NCBI GenBank assembly: GCA_013265495.1
Contig: MU058384.1
Location: 681,622-745,621, forward strand
Direction: 5' to 3'
Source of the DNA: Vicugna vicugna
Taxonomy: Eukaryota
DNA: 64,000 bases
Position 1 is the first letter of the stretch. Each line of letters begins with the position of its first letter. Below are positions 38,539 through 52,994 of the stretch, in pieces. Position numbers and translations under genes: made by a program. The notes under the pieces were generated by a model, which worked only from the letters and a program-made list of their open reading frames with translations, did not search any database and had not been told where the DNA came from.

Positions 38539-38896
38539 ATAAACCATTAAAGGTGGTTTACAACCAGGGGAAAAAATCCTTTAAAACCCCTCACTGCTAC
38601 AATTCACAAGCCATTGCTACAATTCACAACTCGTTTGTTAGAGTCTTAACCGCCCTCAGCTTTGCCTTGGGCCATTAACTAACAAACTAATCATTAACTG
38701 TTAGTAATGACCATTTTTCAATAAACCATTTGGTTTACAACCAGGGGAAAAAATCCTTTAAAACCCCTCACTGCTACAATTCACAAGCCATTGCTACAAT
38801 TCACAACTCGTTTGTTAGAGTCTTAACCGCCCTCAGCTTTGCCTTGGGCCATTAACTAACAAACTAATCATTAACTGTTAGTAATGACCATTTTTC
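38539..38896. repeat. tandem duplication, period 177 bp (identical 166-bp cores 38554-38719 and 38731-38896)
   Basis: compared base by base by eye. Confidence 0.95.
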
Positions 38897-39290
38897 CCAG
38901 GGATTATTGCTTAATTGAACTCTTGTGCAGGACCTATTATTTTCTGAGATGTCAAAATAACTATGCATTAATGCATTTTTCTGTAATATAAGCACCTCCT
39001 GAAACAAACAACAGGAATGTCAGAGAATTAAATTGTTCACTGTTCACACTATTTAAAATACATTACTTTAATGAACAATTTTGATGTTTCAGAGGAACTT
39101 TCTCAGTTTTTCAATCTCCTGAGCATATCCATCATGTAACTTAGATGCAGAATTAATGTGTATTTCTCTTCAGTAATATACACAATGTTGAGACATTTAT
39201 ATTAGTAAACTGTGTTATATATTCATCAGGGTAAAGCACATTTGGTTATTAGCATTCTGCTCCCGAGAAACAAGGCACAGTTGCTTGTCT

Positions 39291-39304
39291 GTTGCCATGG
39301 AAAT
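39291..39304. promoter_or_regulatory. RFX X-box-like motif
   Basis: gttgccatggaaat, 13/14 match to GTTGCCATGGAAAC, in unique sequence; motif match only. Confidence 0.35.
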
Positions 39305-40254
39305 AAATTAGGAAGGATAACCTGCCTACTTACCAATTTTTATTAATGCAATCAGCCTACCTGCTTAACCCATAAGTAACAACAGCACATTTAAACTAAG
39401 CCAATAAAGCACTGTAACTCTAGGGGTGCCAGTTAAAATAAACAGGATAGAAAATTGCTGAAATAAAAAATCTGAGTTATGTGTCATAGATCTGATGTGC
39501 CCCATTAATATTATAGGGTAAAGGATGTTGCCATTTGAGAGGTCTTTAACGGTGGAATTACCATCAACTAATATTTATTGAGAGGAGGAGAGGCATCTAA
39601 GACAAGAAGTCAAGAGGGATATAATAAAACACAATTGCCCTCCTACTGTGTTGAAACAGTTTATAGACATGTGTTAAAATTTGAACTAAGGAATCCCAAT
39701 CCAATGCCAGGCAAACAAAGATGAACAACACCGAGTATATTTGATCGACCACTAATACGTAAACTCTAGAAATTCATAATTTGTGATTACTTAACTTGTG
39801 CTAGAATGTTCACCCTTCTATGATCTAGGAAGAAAAAAAAAGGTAGCTAAGCCAATTAATAGCAAGTTACAAGATCAAAAGCTACTTAACCTCAAAAATA
39901 TGACACACTCACTTTTAAGGACTCCAGACCCATCTCTACTCATTACAGCGGATCCAACTAGGTTTAGAAATAATTGGTATTTTTTCTCTCTAATTCAGAC
40001 TGTCTTAATCCTCAGTGCCTATAAATACTGATATTTTACAAAATTCGTTGTTATCAAGGAAATCAACAGCAAATATACATGCATTTACCTTCTATAAGGA
40101 AAACAAACCACCTGATCATGTGTATCTAGTATCTTATAAAGTTAAGGAAACATTTTTTCTCATAACAGAAACAAAACCTAATATTTGAAAAAAAGTGTTT
40201 AAGCTTTAGGTGATAAGTATATAATAAGAAGAAATTAACATTTAGCCTTAGTTG

Positions 40255-40462
40255 TTTTTAAGTTTTATTGTATTGTGGTAAGAACAACTAACATGAGATC
40301 AACCCTCTTAAATTTTTAAACGTACTCTGCATCATGGTTGACTTTAGAAACAGTGTTGCAGATCTCTTGAACTTAACTGCTCTTGTATAACAGAAACCGT
40401 ATGCCCACTGATCAGTCACTCCCCATGTCCCTCGTCCCTCAGGCCTTGGTATTCACATTTTT
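40255..40462 (-). mobile_element. L1MA/MB 3' end
   Basis: tgtggtaagaacaactaacatgagatcaaccctctta...cagatctcttgaactta. Confidence 0.8.
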
Positions 40463-40849
40463 ATTTCCAAATGTATTTAGTTGCTCTGACTGGTTTTCAG
40501 AAAAGCTAAATTTAATGATTAATCATTATTGTGCTCACATTAGCTACAGATTAATACTAAAACATATGAATTAAAAAAGTTATTTAAATTCTGATTTTGC
40601 CCAAGAGCCCCCCCAAAAAACCCCCAAAACCCCCTCAAGTTTCTGTTACAATTCATCGTTAATTGCATTATAACATCTCATGGATTATTAATAACGAATA
40701 AAAGGGAAATAAAGTCATCTTGTCTTTACCCTGGAAAGAAGGAGGCTATCAAACACAGGGTCATCCCTTCTATGTATCCATATCGACCCAGTCAGATTTG
40801 TGCATAAAAATGACTGCAGCATCACTGAAACTGAAAAGATAAAATGGGT

Positions 40850-41040
40850 AGACAGTTACTACGTGTTTATAATGTGTCAGGCCCAAGGTGAAGCCTTAGA
40901 CATACATTGCTTTATTCATCACCAAAATTAACTCAGTGAAGTAATTTTATAGGTAGGAAACCCAGTCTTAGAAAACATGAATGATATGTCAAAGTCAACA
41001 AATAGTAAAAGGCAAAAATAGAGCTAGCATCCAAGCTGGT
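40850..41040 (-). mobile_element. MIR SINE
   Basis: ttataatgtgtcaggccc...ttttataggtaggaaacccagtcttagaaa...gtcaaagtcaacaaatagtaa. Confidence 0.6.
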
Positions 41041-41314
41041 ATTACTACGTTGGATATTTGAAGATGTATGTCCCTTATCTTAACTACTTTCCTTAAAAAT
41101 ATGCAATAATCATGGTGCCAGATATTTGTTGAAAAAGAAAAAATTTATACAGAGATTATGCTTGACAGAATAGAAGTGTTGGGGATAGAAAGCATGTCAT
41201 AAACAGAGTTTCTGTCATAAGGAAAATAATAAAGATACAAAGTAAATACATATGGGTAATTATGGCTATATGCCTATAAATGAACCTACCAAGAAAGTTA
41301 ATATAGTTTTTGTT

Positions 41315-41830
41315 TTGTTTTTTTAAAATAGTGAGTTGAGATACAATTCATATGTGATGAAATTCACCCATTTAAAGCACAGCACAATTCAATGTTTTTT
41401 TTTTAGTGTTTTTACAGATATGTGCAACAGTCACCACAGTTACTGAACATTTTCATCACTTCAAAAAGAAATTCCATCATTCCTTTAGTACTATTTATTA
41501 CTTACAAACCTAAGTAATCACTAGTATAAATCAGGTCTCTATAACTACATATTATGGGCATCTAATATATATCGAATCATATAAATGCAACCTCTTTTGA
41601 GACTGGCTTCTTTCATTTGACATAATATTTTCAATACATAGCATGCATCATTACACTCTTCTTTATGGTTGAGTATTATTCCATTATATGGATATACCAC
41701 TTTTTGTTTATTCATCATTTAATGGATATTGGAATTGTTTTCTTCCTTTGACTGTTATGAATAGTGCTACTCTAACATTCATGTACAATTTTTTGTGTGG
41801 TCATATGTTTTTACTTCCTCTGTATTCATA
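41315..41830 (-). mobile_element. L1MB/MC 3' UTR
   Basis: ttgagatacaattcatat...aaattcacccatttaaag...tattccattatatggatataccac. Confidence 0.85.
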
Positions 41831-42283
41831 CCATCCATCCTAGTTGGTTCTGTTAGGACTTTCCAAATACACTTTACCCTATCAATATCAGTTTTAGATT
41901 TATACGAACTTAATTCCAGTTAGATATAGAAATATTACTTCTCTCTTTTTCTCCTTTTTTGTGATATTTTTACTCTACATATAACAGCTATAAATTTTGC
42001 AAACCCAACAATACATTATTATAATTAATTTATTATAATATATACTTTTATGTCTTTTAAGGAACCTGAGAGGAAAAAAGTTAGCAAGTAAATATTTATA
42101 GCTTTTTTAATATTAACTTTCTGATTTCCTATTTCTATTTCTCTTCACTTGTTCTTATGGATTTGAGTACCATCTGGCGTCATTTCTTTGGCCCAATGCA
42201 AATTTGTTCCCACCTATCTCTTCTATTGTTTTTGGCAAATGCATTATATTTCTACATATTATGAGTTCAACAATACAACCTAT

Positions 42284-42301
42284 AACATATATGTATATTA
42301 T

Positions 42302-42339
<38 letters not shown>
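42284..42339. repeat. (TA)n microsatellite
   Basis: directly visible. Confidence 0.95.
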
Positions 42340-42344
<5 letters not shown>

Positions 42345-43578
42345 GTATAATTGTATTTTAAATCAAGAGAAAACAGGAGAAGAAATATGCATTTATACCA
42401 GCTTTGATAATTAAATAATTACCTTTACTGGGGTAATTCTTTATTTTCTGTGTGTAGATTTAAATTACTACCTGGATAAACTTACTTCCAGCCTGAAAAA
42501 GTTCCTTTAGTATTTCTTGTAAGATAGGTCTCCTGCCAACAGATTTGCTCAGTTTTTGATTATCTGGTAATATTCTTATTTCACTTTAATTTTGAGAAAT
42601 GGCTTTGCTATAAATAGGATTTTTGCTTGACTGTTTCTATGAGCACTTTGAATATGGTATGTTCTTATTGCATTACCTTCAGGCCTCCATTGTTTCTGAA
42701 GAGAACTCAGCTGATAATCTTATTGGAGTTTAAGTGTAAGTGATGAGTTGTTTTTCTCTTGCTGCTTTCAGGATTTCCTCCTTGTTTTTGATTTTAGCGT
42801 TTTTACTGTGATATGTTTGTGGGTCCCCTTGCCTTTATAGTACTTGGAGTTTATTGAACTTCAATAATATGTACATGATTGTTTTTCAACAAAGTTGGGA
42901 GGTTTTCAACCATTAAGTCTTTGAATTTCTTTTTCTGCTCATTTCTTTCTTTTCCCCTTCTAATACTCTCATTATTTCTACACTGGCATACTTAATAATA
43001 CCCACATTTTCCAGAGGTTTTATTTATTTTTCCTCATTCTCTTTTCTCTCTATCTTTCAGATTGCATAAGCTCTATCACTCTGTCTTCAAATTATCTAAT
43101 TATTTCTTCTGCCAGTTCAAATGTACTGTTGAACTCCTTTAGTGAATTTACTGTTTCAATTGTAATTTCCTAGTCCATAAATTCCACTTAGTTGTTTTCT
43201 GAAATATCTATCTCTTTACTGATATTTTCTATTTAATAAGACCTTCTTTTACTTCTTAATCATGGTTTTCTTTTATTCTTTGAACCTATTTACAGTGGTA
43301 CTTTGGAGGTCTTTTTTCTGTTAAATCCTATACCCGGTCATTCTCTCAGGCAGTTTCTGTTGCTTGCTTTTTTTTTTTCCTTCACATCTTAGTTTTGGTT
43401 GTTGAAAAGTGGAGTTTTACATAATATATTGTTGCAACTCTGGATACTCTCCCTCCTGAACTTGTTATTTGTATTTGTTTGTTTCTTACTTATTTAGTGA
43501 AAGTAGCTGAGTTGTTTTAGTGGAACCTATTCCTCTTCCCACAAAGTTTTAAACCTCTGATGTTGTTCCTTGTGGGGC

Positions 43579-44044
43579 TGTTATGGATTGAAATTTTTCC
43601 TCTAAAATTCATATGTTGGAGTCCTAATACCCAGTACCTCAGAATGTGATTTTATTTGAAAGTAGGGTCATTGCAGATATAATTAGTTAAGTTAGGATGA
43701 GGTGGTATGGAGTAGGGTGGACCCCTAATCCAGTAAGACTGGTATTCTTATAAAAAACAAATGTGGGCACAGACATGCACACAGGAAGGGCATTATGAGG
43801 AGATGAAGGCAGATATCGGAGTGATGTTTGTGCAAGACAGAGAGTACCAGAGATGGCCAGGAAACCAACAGAAACCAGGTGAGAGTCATGGAACAGATTC
43901 TCTCTCTCAGCCGTCAGGAGGAATCCACCCTGCCAACAGCTTGATTTTGGACTCCTAGCCTCCAGACCCGTAAGACAATACATTTCTGTCCTTTAAGCCC
44001 CCCAGTTTGTGTCACTTGTTTATAGCAGCCCTAGCTGACTCACA
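43579..44044 (+). mobile_element. MLT1C solo LTR, full length
   Basis: tgttatggattgaa...aaattcatatgttggagtccta...cccagtacctcagaatgtga...ctagcctccaga...tatagcagccctag. Confidence 0.9.
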
Positions 44045-46419
44045 TGCAGCACAGGATTGGGTTTTCCCGCAGTCACTGTGGTATGACAGTGGTTTTGACA
44101 GGGCTGCCTTTGTATCTTTCCCTGACTTTATCCAACTGTTATCTTCCAGCAATTACCAACTCATTGCTCTATAAAGTTTAACAATGTGCTAGGACACAAA
44201 TTGATCCATAGATGAAACCAACCAAATTTGAGCTCCTTTGAAGGGGTAATTCCTGAGATCAATATTTGAGATTTTTTTCTGACTCTAGGTGGGTTCCTCC
44301 CAGTTGTCTTTGTCTCTGGTTCTCTCAAAGTAATTAGCAGACAGTTTAGCCTACATACCCAAAGAACCTATTAATCTCCTCTCAATTTCCTTTCACCACA
44401 GTGTTTACTATTTTTGTTGCTGTTTTTGGATCAAAATTATCTACACTTTATTTCAAGTTTAATTTCTTTGGAAAGAGGTTTGGAGCTATCATTTTTATGA
44501 CTTGCTTTCCGCTCCTCCGCATCCCAGACAGAATCTCTGAGCCACATCTCTGGAACAGATATCGGGGACAATGACGTGCTGCTCTCTGAGTGACACAGCT
44601 GCTTCAGGGATTGAGAGCTCCATGACTGGAGGAAGGAGGGGAAAGTAGCCTAAGGTCTTCTTGCCTGACCCGCCCAGTGTGGAATCACCATTGAGAGCTA
44701 GGCAAGTACAACCAAGGCCCTTGTATCATCAGTGTTTCTGTACCCAAGGTACAGTTTGTTTCCAGTCCACAGTTTGAGCATGAGTGGGAGGAGGGAGTCT
44801 CCACTTCTCAGCAATATTCACCTGTAACTTAGCCTCAGCAACATGTAGCTGGGTTCCAAATGAAAAGTGCTCATGTCTTGTCCTTCCTGGGAGGATGTGC
44901 CTCTGCCTGGAGCTGGGGGAAGAGGTGGCCCAGTATTCTTGTTTGCACTTATCTGGAGTGGAGTTTCTATCTTGCCAAATATAGAGGGGCAAGTAGGGGA
45001 GTGAATGTTAGTTCACATACCACAGATTCTTACTCTTCTCACAGTATTTAGATTTTCTTGAGTAATTGTTTCTTTATTGTCTCTATGTCCCTGACACCAT
45101 TTCCTAAGATTTTAAGTGGTTGTTTTTAAGTAATAATCACCAGTTTTGCTGGACAGCAGGTTCAGGGAGCTTCTCATTCTATCATGCTGTAAGTCACTTT
45201 TAATATCATTTTAAATGCATGAAAGAATAATAGAGATTTCTATGATATTCTATTATACTGTTCTTTACCTTTTAAAATTTTAGTCAGCAATAATCAAGAA
45301 AGAAGTTAGCCTGGAAAGAAAATGCAGCCTTTAAGTCTGGCAACTACTCTGTGACTTATTACACTGAGATTTTCTCTCAAGATAAAACCAGGGTTTCTTA
45401 ATTCATGATAACCTATGCCTACAGGGTCAAAGCTCTGCAGTTGGCATTCCCATTTCCAAAATGTAATATGTTTTAGTAAATAAATCAGACAATTACGTTT
45501 TGAACAATTGATGATCCATTTAAGATAAAATTAAATTTCATTGTTTTATTTTTTATTTGGTTGCTTGTTTCCTTTTTTTTCAATTCAAGGAAATTAAAAG
45601 AAAAGAAAGGATGGCATATTATTTCATTGTTAAAATAATTTAATTGGAAAAAAAGGTAATAGTGTTACCGAATTTGAGATTGGAGGAATGTGTCATATTT
45701 AATAACACTTGTAGTAAATTAGAAGAATTGAAGCTACACTCATTATTTTTTAAGTCTTATGCACCACTGCTTTTAATAAACAACTCACTGAGTTTATTTT
45801 CATACAACTTATAACTTCAAAGTTTTTGAACAAGTTTGACAATGTAAGTTATCTTTTTCCAAAACCTAGCCATTCTGGAAAACGTATTTACACTTAAAGA
45901 ACAATATAGCTTTATCATCATGTGGATTCTAGGCTCAACTATTCTTGTGATCTTAAAGTTCTCCTGAAAAGAATTGTGATTGTTATTTTTGCGGTTCACA
46001 GTGAAGATCTGGGGAAATAAGGCAGAATATAAAATGAAGAACAGCAGCATAGATACCTTAATGCCTAGATTTATTTACTCTTTGAAAAGAACTAGGGAAG
46101 GGGAAGCAAACGTATCATTGGCTGAAAGCAAATCAGTGTTAATATGGCTTAGGCCAATATAGTTGATTTTTGGCTCTTGCCACATCTGCAAATGTGACTT
46201 TTCCCACAATAACTGAATGCAGTGGTATTATAATCATGCTTGAAATTGTTGACATTGGCTTAAGAAAGATTTTCAGGAAAAGACCATAGTGACTACTACT
46301 TGATACTATGGGAACAGAATGCCTTTGGAAAATACGAGGTCTGTACAATGACATAAAAGAATTTAGCATACATATTAATACTATTATTATATTATCATAA
46401 TTAACATATATTTATATAT

Positions 46420-46560
46420 ACTATACTGAACACTTAATATGCTTGATATCTTGATATCAGTTAATAGCCAACAATTTTGTGATGTAGACATTTTTTCAAT
46501 ATTACTGGTAAGAAAATTGAGATCTAACAAGATTAAGGAAGTAATCCAAAGGCACATAGA
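46420..46560 (-). mobile_element. MIR fragment
   Basis: ctgaacacttaatatgc...taagaaaattgagatctaacaagattaaggaagtaatccaaaggcacatag. Confidence 0.55.
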
Positions 46561-49500
46561 GCATGTTCAAAGGCACACAGAAAGTTTGAGGCTTTGAGTG
46601 TGCATACAATTACTATTTACACAGCATTCTAACCCATCTTGAAGACACAAGTATAGTATATCACAAAAAATAAACAACCCATGTAGCATCTCTCAACTAA
46701 CAGAGGCAACAGAGGAATGCACACATGTGTATAATTAATATTCTATTACATAATTAGCATTCTAATTTATAATAAATCACACTGTGGTGTTGCCTCATTT
46801 TTTTAAGCCCGATTATCTAAAATATTATTTTATAATATATTTGATCTTTCTCCATGAGCTTGAGGAAGCTTTTAAGTGCCTCACAATAACATGAAATTTG
46901 TTATGAAACATAATTAAATTTTATATAATCATTAGTTTTCAGTTTCTTAGCAAATTAATCACTTATTAATTCTGAAATATATTCAGATTTGAAAATTAGA
47001 TTCAAATTATTGTTGATATGTGTTGTATTAATAGGTAGTATATAGCTTATAATACATGAGTAAAATTTAATAAGCATAATTTTCTGAATACATACAAAAA
47101 GAGATTAACTATTCATTCAAAAACAAGGTGACAGTCCAAAAAAAATGGAATCAGAAGCCCTGTAAGCCGGTTTTATTGTTAGTAATTGCAAAAGTAATAT
47201 GTGAAAGCAAGGATGCTAATGAATAAAACCATAAAGTAAAAGACAACACAAAATTATTTCATCTCTATTATCTAAAGATGTTGTAATCTTAAAATAAATA
47301 ACTATTAGGTAATCCGTAATTAATTGATGAAGTTCAATAAGAAAACTTGTCAATAACAAAAGTCTAAAAGAAGCAAATTTAAGAATTTCTAGTGTCTTAG
47401 AAATTTTAGACATTTTAGGCTGAGGTTCACTAGCTGAGATGCTAGATTCTAGATGATCTTGGAAATTATATGCTTCATGGCAGACATTCACCTATATAAA
47501 TATTCTAAAGTATAATGGATTTTATATCTACTATATATAAATATGTACATATGTACATTTCAATAATTCTTTGATCAAACACTGGCAACTAAATATGCAT
47601 CTTGCCAATACTCATTAGTTAATAATATGTCATGATAATATATCTTGATAGAAAACCTATTATCCCTATTTCAAAACTGATATCTTAAACACAGAATCAA
47701 ATTGATGAATATGGACTAGAAAGTACAAACAAATAATCCCAGGCATCAGAAACAGCATTCCAGTCCTCACAAGGGACACATATCTTGCAGAGTCACCCAA
47801 TGAGATGCGTTGATGAAAATAAATGTTTACATATTCCAGCTTTCATAGAAAGCCTTCAGATATTTTTAGAGAAATGTTAGGTTTTATTATTCTAAATGCA
47901 TTTGCTTTAGCAATTTCTTCTTTTTGTGGAGTATATCTGACGTTCTTTAACTTGAGCACATGAGAGTTCAGTATTGCTCTACAGACACTGATTTTGTTAA
48001 CCAAGATCTCCAGGACGGAGCGCAGTGTTTGAACTTATCTTTCTATACTTGCTTTGTCACTTGCCAGTCAATTTGCAGACGTGTGTAACAAACTAGATAT
48101 AAAAATGCCTTAAAAAAATCCAGCTGTATAAGTGATCATAGTCATAAGTTTGGGTTCCTGGTTTTATTTGTTTAATCAAAAATAGATACAAAGAGTAAAG
48201 TCTTGTAGGAACTGAAATGAATGTATGTGGCATCATAGTGACCTCTGGTTCTCTATGCTTTACACAAACTTTTACTCTGTGAAATGTTATTTTTTTCTCT
48301 CAAAGGTTATTAGCAAGTCTAATGAATTAGAGTATAGCAATATGTTTAGTGACCAAAAATAGAGCTGAAAGCCACAGATACCTTCAAACTTTTGAAACTC
48401 CCCCCATCACTTTGTCAATGATCACCAAAAGGAGATCGAAGGAGCCACCTTCCCAATTCCTATGGTGAACATAAAACCAGATATTGATGGATGAAATGAT
48501 TGCATAGAAAACAAATTTCAAATCAAAGCACTCACCTGATGCTGAATACAGCTTGACTGATCCACAAATAATCAAAATTTTAAAGTAGGGATTGTGTTAT
48601 TGTGTATTTGTTGTTGCTAGATATAACTCATAGCAAGTATAACAATCACTAATATTCTAAATGTTCTTGTGATAGGGTAAACTTTTATTAGCTTATTTGA
48701 AATAGTAAAATATTTTAAAACTATCTAGAGTTATTATAAGATTTTTATAAAATTATGTCAGAAATGGTATTAAGTCAGATTTATCATTTGGCATTATCTT
48801 CCTGTGTCTCCAATAAGCTTTTTGGTGCACTGTTTTTTAAGAGGTTCCCACTAATGATTACTTTTGGAAATTTCTGTAGGTGTAGGTTATCATTTCATAT
48901 CTCATTATATTTGAAGTTTAAATATATATTTGCTGTAGTTGCGTGTTTTTTTTCACACATAGTGTATGACTGTAACAGCTGCTCCATGGTAGCCCATTTT
49001 ATTCCATTCATTTACTAATGAGCTACATTTGTGCTCAGGAAGGTATTTTTAGAAATGTGTTCACTTAAAATGATCTCTCATCTGTAATTTCTACCATAAG
49101 GCAGCTAAAATTTCCTCTTGAGTAAGATGCATGTGCAAATTTAGTATTTTAATGAGAAAGTTTAAATTTATTTTCAAGAACACTTCACTTAGCCCAGGTT
49201 ATTTTGAATGTGTATAAATACAAGCACTCAATGTTTCAAAGGGGAACCACTAATTGATTATAGTTCTAGGACGTAAGTAGGCAGTTTGGGCACAATATAA
49301 CCTCCCCTGAAGATCCCTTTATTATGATTTATTCCAGAGTGTGTTCTATTTATTTACCTTTGCATGAACTTTCCTCACCTCTGAATGACCTCTGTTTAGC
49401 TTGTGCAAAATATCTTTCTGTCTTTGGAGCTGAGCTGGTAAATACCCAAGGAAAACCATCTAATCCCCCATGCCCTCTCCTGAGGGTCTCTCTAGAGAGA

Positions 49501-51469
49501 TGCCTCACTCCCAGGAGCAGGGATACAATATTTGAGCTATTGAGGTGGTAGAATAACTAAAGCCTGTAAGACTTAAAAGTTGGGTTCACCACTCACTGAC
49601 AGAATCCACATGAAATAGCAATGGGGAGACTTCTTTCTTTCCCAGACTAATATTTGAATATAGTTTTGTATATCCAACAATTACCTGTTTATAAAGAGTG
49701 TATAAGATGAAGATAAAAAGATATATATTAATATATAGAATAATAAAAACATCTTTTATTGGAAAAGTGTTATAACCATGATTTTTCTTAAGTCTTATTT
49801 ATTGTCACAAACCAAAAAAAAAAAGATATATAGAAGTTGACAGATGATTATACTTAAGTTATAAAGATAAACTATCTCCAGCTTGGAATGAAAAAGATGG
49901 CTCCTGTATGCCAACTGTCTACTTGGATCAAAATAACATTGAATGGACCAATTAATAATAGAAGGAATACATAAGCATATGAAATTAGGAGAATATAAAA
50001 ACAAATTTTCCATATAAAATATAGTGCTGAGTTATAAAAATATATTTCCTTAAAGAATATTCATAATAGACAACTTTATATGTGTTTATATACATATATA
50101 TATAATATATATATTATATATAAAATTATTTTCTTCAAAAAAGTTTATTTTCTGAATTTGAGCTATTGATTCCTTGTAGACATAGAATCGTAGATGAGAG
50201 AAACACAGGAGACATTTATTATAAAAATTACTTTCCAGGAACAGATAAAGTTCCATTCTAATTAGCTCTAGGTCAAAAACTGTATTTTTGCATGTAGAGT
50301 TTCTTGTTTATATGCATTCATTTTCTGTCTCTAATAAAAAGGGAAAATAGATCTGAGTAAGACCAAAATTTTTTATGGTATCAGCACATCTTTTCAACAT
50401 TGAATATATATATGTGTGTGTATATATATATATATACATGTATTATACATACATATAATATTTGTAACAATGAAAGTTAATCTTTTCTATGAGAATATGT
50501 ACATTTCAGAGGGTTACCAAACATTATTTTTTAAGGGTTACAAAACAATTTTTTTTTAATGTATATAAAAGTGGAGAGACTAATACAGGAAAATACTGTC
50601 ATGCACTCTCACTTAGCTTTAACAATAATCAACTATGACTAATTTACTTATGCTGTCTCCCACTACTTCCTCAAAACTTTTGGGAGCAAATCCTAGGTAT
50701 AATACTATTTAGTCCATAAATATTTCAGCATATATCTGTAATATATAAAACCACTTTTTAAAATAAAGCACAATATCAATATAACACACATGAACCACAA
50801 TCTCAGTATATTATCAAATATCCATATTCAATGTGAAAATTTTCATAATTAATTCAAACATTTTTATATTTGTTTTTATGTATGAACTAGATATCCAGAT
50901 AAAGTCCTTATGTTCAAACTTGTTGATGTGCCCATTTTATATATTTTTATCTATAGAGTCTCTTTCATCTCTCTGTTCCTTTGCTTGTCATTTAGTAAAG
51001 AACACAGTTGATTATCCTTAGGGAATTTCTCATAGTTAGCATCATCCTATGTCTGCTATAGTCCTTGTAAACTGTAGTCATATCTAGAGGGTTTATCAGT
51101 TCAAAATTTTGTTTTCTTTTGTTTTTGATTTTTGGTAAGAATTCGTCATAAGTCCTGTTGCATTCTTCCATCAAGAGGTACATAACATACAGTTACTTGG
51201 TTATCAGTAGTTAATAGTCATTGCCTAGATCCATTAACAATATACTAAGGGTTTTGAAAAAAAAATTTTTAAATAAAATTCTATCATTTCTTCTTCAACT
51301 ACTAGCAGAATATTTTTCTGATGTAAAACTGTCATCAACTATTTGGTTCCACTGAAGTATAGTTTGTATAGAAAATGCAGGATGTATGTGTGATTCTTTT
51401 CCTCTATTTAACTTAATTTATTTTTTTCTTTTAAAAATGTTGGTTTCCTAGCATCCTCCTAATGTGACT

Positions 51470-52360
51470 GTTCCAGGTATCCACTGTTGTAGAACAAAAC
51501 ACCGTAAATCTTGATGGCTTGAAACAATGGCAATCGTTTGTTTACCTGTCACATTTTCTGTGGGTCATGAATAAGGGAGGGGCTCAGCTGGACAATTCTG
51601 GTCTTTGAGATCTCTAAGCATGTTGGAATCAGACAGTGGCTGAAACTGGAATAGAAGGAGATTAAGTAATTGGGGGTTGGCCAGACACCTGCCTCTTTGC
51701 ATGAAGACCTGGGCTCTGCATGATGTTTCCACGTGGACTAGTTTGAATTTCATGGCAGCCAGAGGGTAGTTGCTACAGACTGAATGTTTGTGTTCCCCCC
51801 AGATTTATATATTAGAACCTAGTGCTCAATGTGATGGTTTTTAGAGTTGGGGCTTTTGGAAAGTGATAAGGGCATAATCCTCATGAATAGGATTAGTGCC
51901 CTGACAAAAGAGATCCCAGAGAATTCACTCATTCCTTCCACCAAATAAAGTTACAGCAGAAAAGACAATTATCTATGAACCAGGAAGTGTGTGTTCATCA
52001 GACACTGAATCTGCTGATGCCTTGATTGAGGACTTTCTAGCCTTCAGAACTCATGAGCAGTGAATTTCTGTTGTATAAGCCACCCAGACGGTAACAGTCA
52101 AAATGTTTACTTGGTGACTGACTACCTTGAGACCAAGAGTTCAAAGAGAAAAAGAGGGTCATGCATGGAATTTTGAAGATAGCCTTGGAAGTCACTTAGC
52201 ATCACTTTGGCCCTATTCAATGGATGGAGATAGTCACAAAACCGCCACCCAACCCTTTGTTTCAACAGAAGGAAACATAGACTTCACTTCCTAAAATAAA
52301 GTTAAATTGTAAGAAAAGCATGTGGAATGTGACATATTGTTAAGTCTGTCTTTCAAAGTA
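51470..52360 (-). mobile_element. MLT1H-like LTR, interrupted by MLT1A0
   Basis: ggcttgaaacaa...tctgtgggtcatgaat...ggctcagctgg; resumes after ~52093 with gccttggaagtcac...catcacttt. Confidence 0.7.
51771..52092 (+). mobile_element. MLT1A0-like LTR
   Basis: tgctacagactgaatgtttgtgttcccccc...ctatgaaccaggaagt...cagacactgaatctgctgatgccttgat...tataagccaccca. Confidence 0.85.
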
Positions 52361-52994
52361 ACTTAAATATTATTGTGAACTCATGGATTCAGATATATTT
52401 GATGTGTTCAAATCTGTTACAGTTAAAATTCATATTGATGTTCAAATGATTCCATCTTTGGCTGATAAAAGGAGATTACTTAAGTCCTATACAGATTCTC
52501 TATAACATGTCTTAGTTCTCTCCGGTAGCTTTCTGTTTTCCTTGCTTTCTATAATAAGTTGTTTTAGGCCTATCTTGTGTATTTACTGTTCACTCTTTGC
52601 TCACTGCTACTAGGCTGATCATTTCTGGACACTTTTTTGTGGCCAGACCAAGAAAATATTTTTCCTTCATTTTTTTTAAGAGAAAATAAATTAGGTGTTC
52701 ATACTTCTGTACTCAGTGCAAATTAAAAGTGACAGAGATTTTATGTAACTCATCAGTCTTTTACCTCCATAACCTCTCTCTCATTCATTCAAGTTCTTAA
52801 TGAGACAAGTATAATTACTTATTTGCTTTCCCATAATGCGTACTCAATCTCTTTATTCTCAGGATGAAAATGTAGGTACTAACATCAACTACGTTTACAG
52901 AGAACAAGATAAAAATATTTCGTATTTTTTGTCCTATAAGTAAATTTTACTCAGGATATCTAATCAAATTATTATGTTGTAAAGTCATGTGGGG

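Larger units (their letters stand above)
41860..45200 (-). mobile_element. old L1 5' UTR/ORF1 region, split by MLT1C and a (TA)n tract
   Basis: ggcctccattgtttctgaagagaactcagctg...ttctcttgctgctttcaggatt...aagttgggaggttttcaaccatt (antisense ORF1 motifs), followed by a GC-richer 5' UTR. Confidence 0.75.

Noticed and set aside
38554..38896. CRISPR-like array (tgctacaattcacaa x4)
   Set aside because: Mammalian DNA; the spacers are themselves duplicated, so this is a nested tandem duplication.
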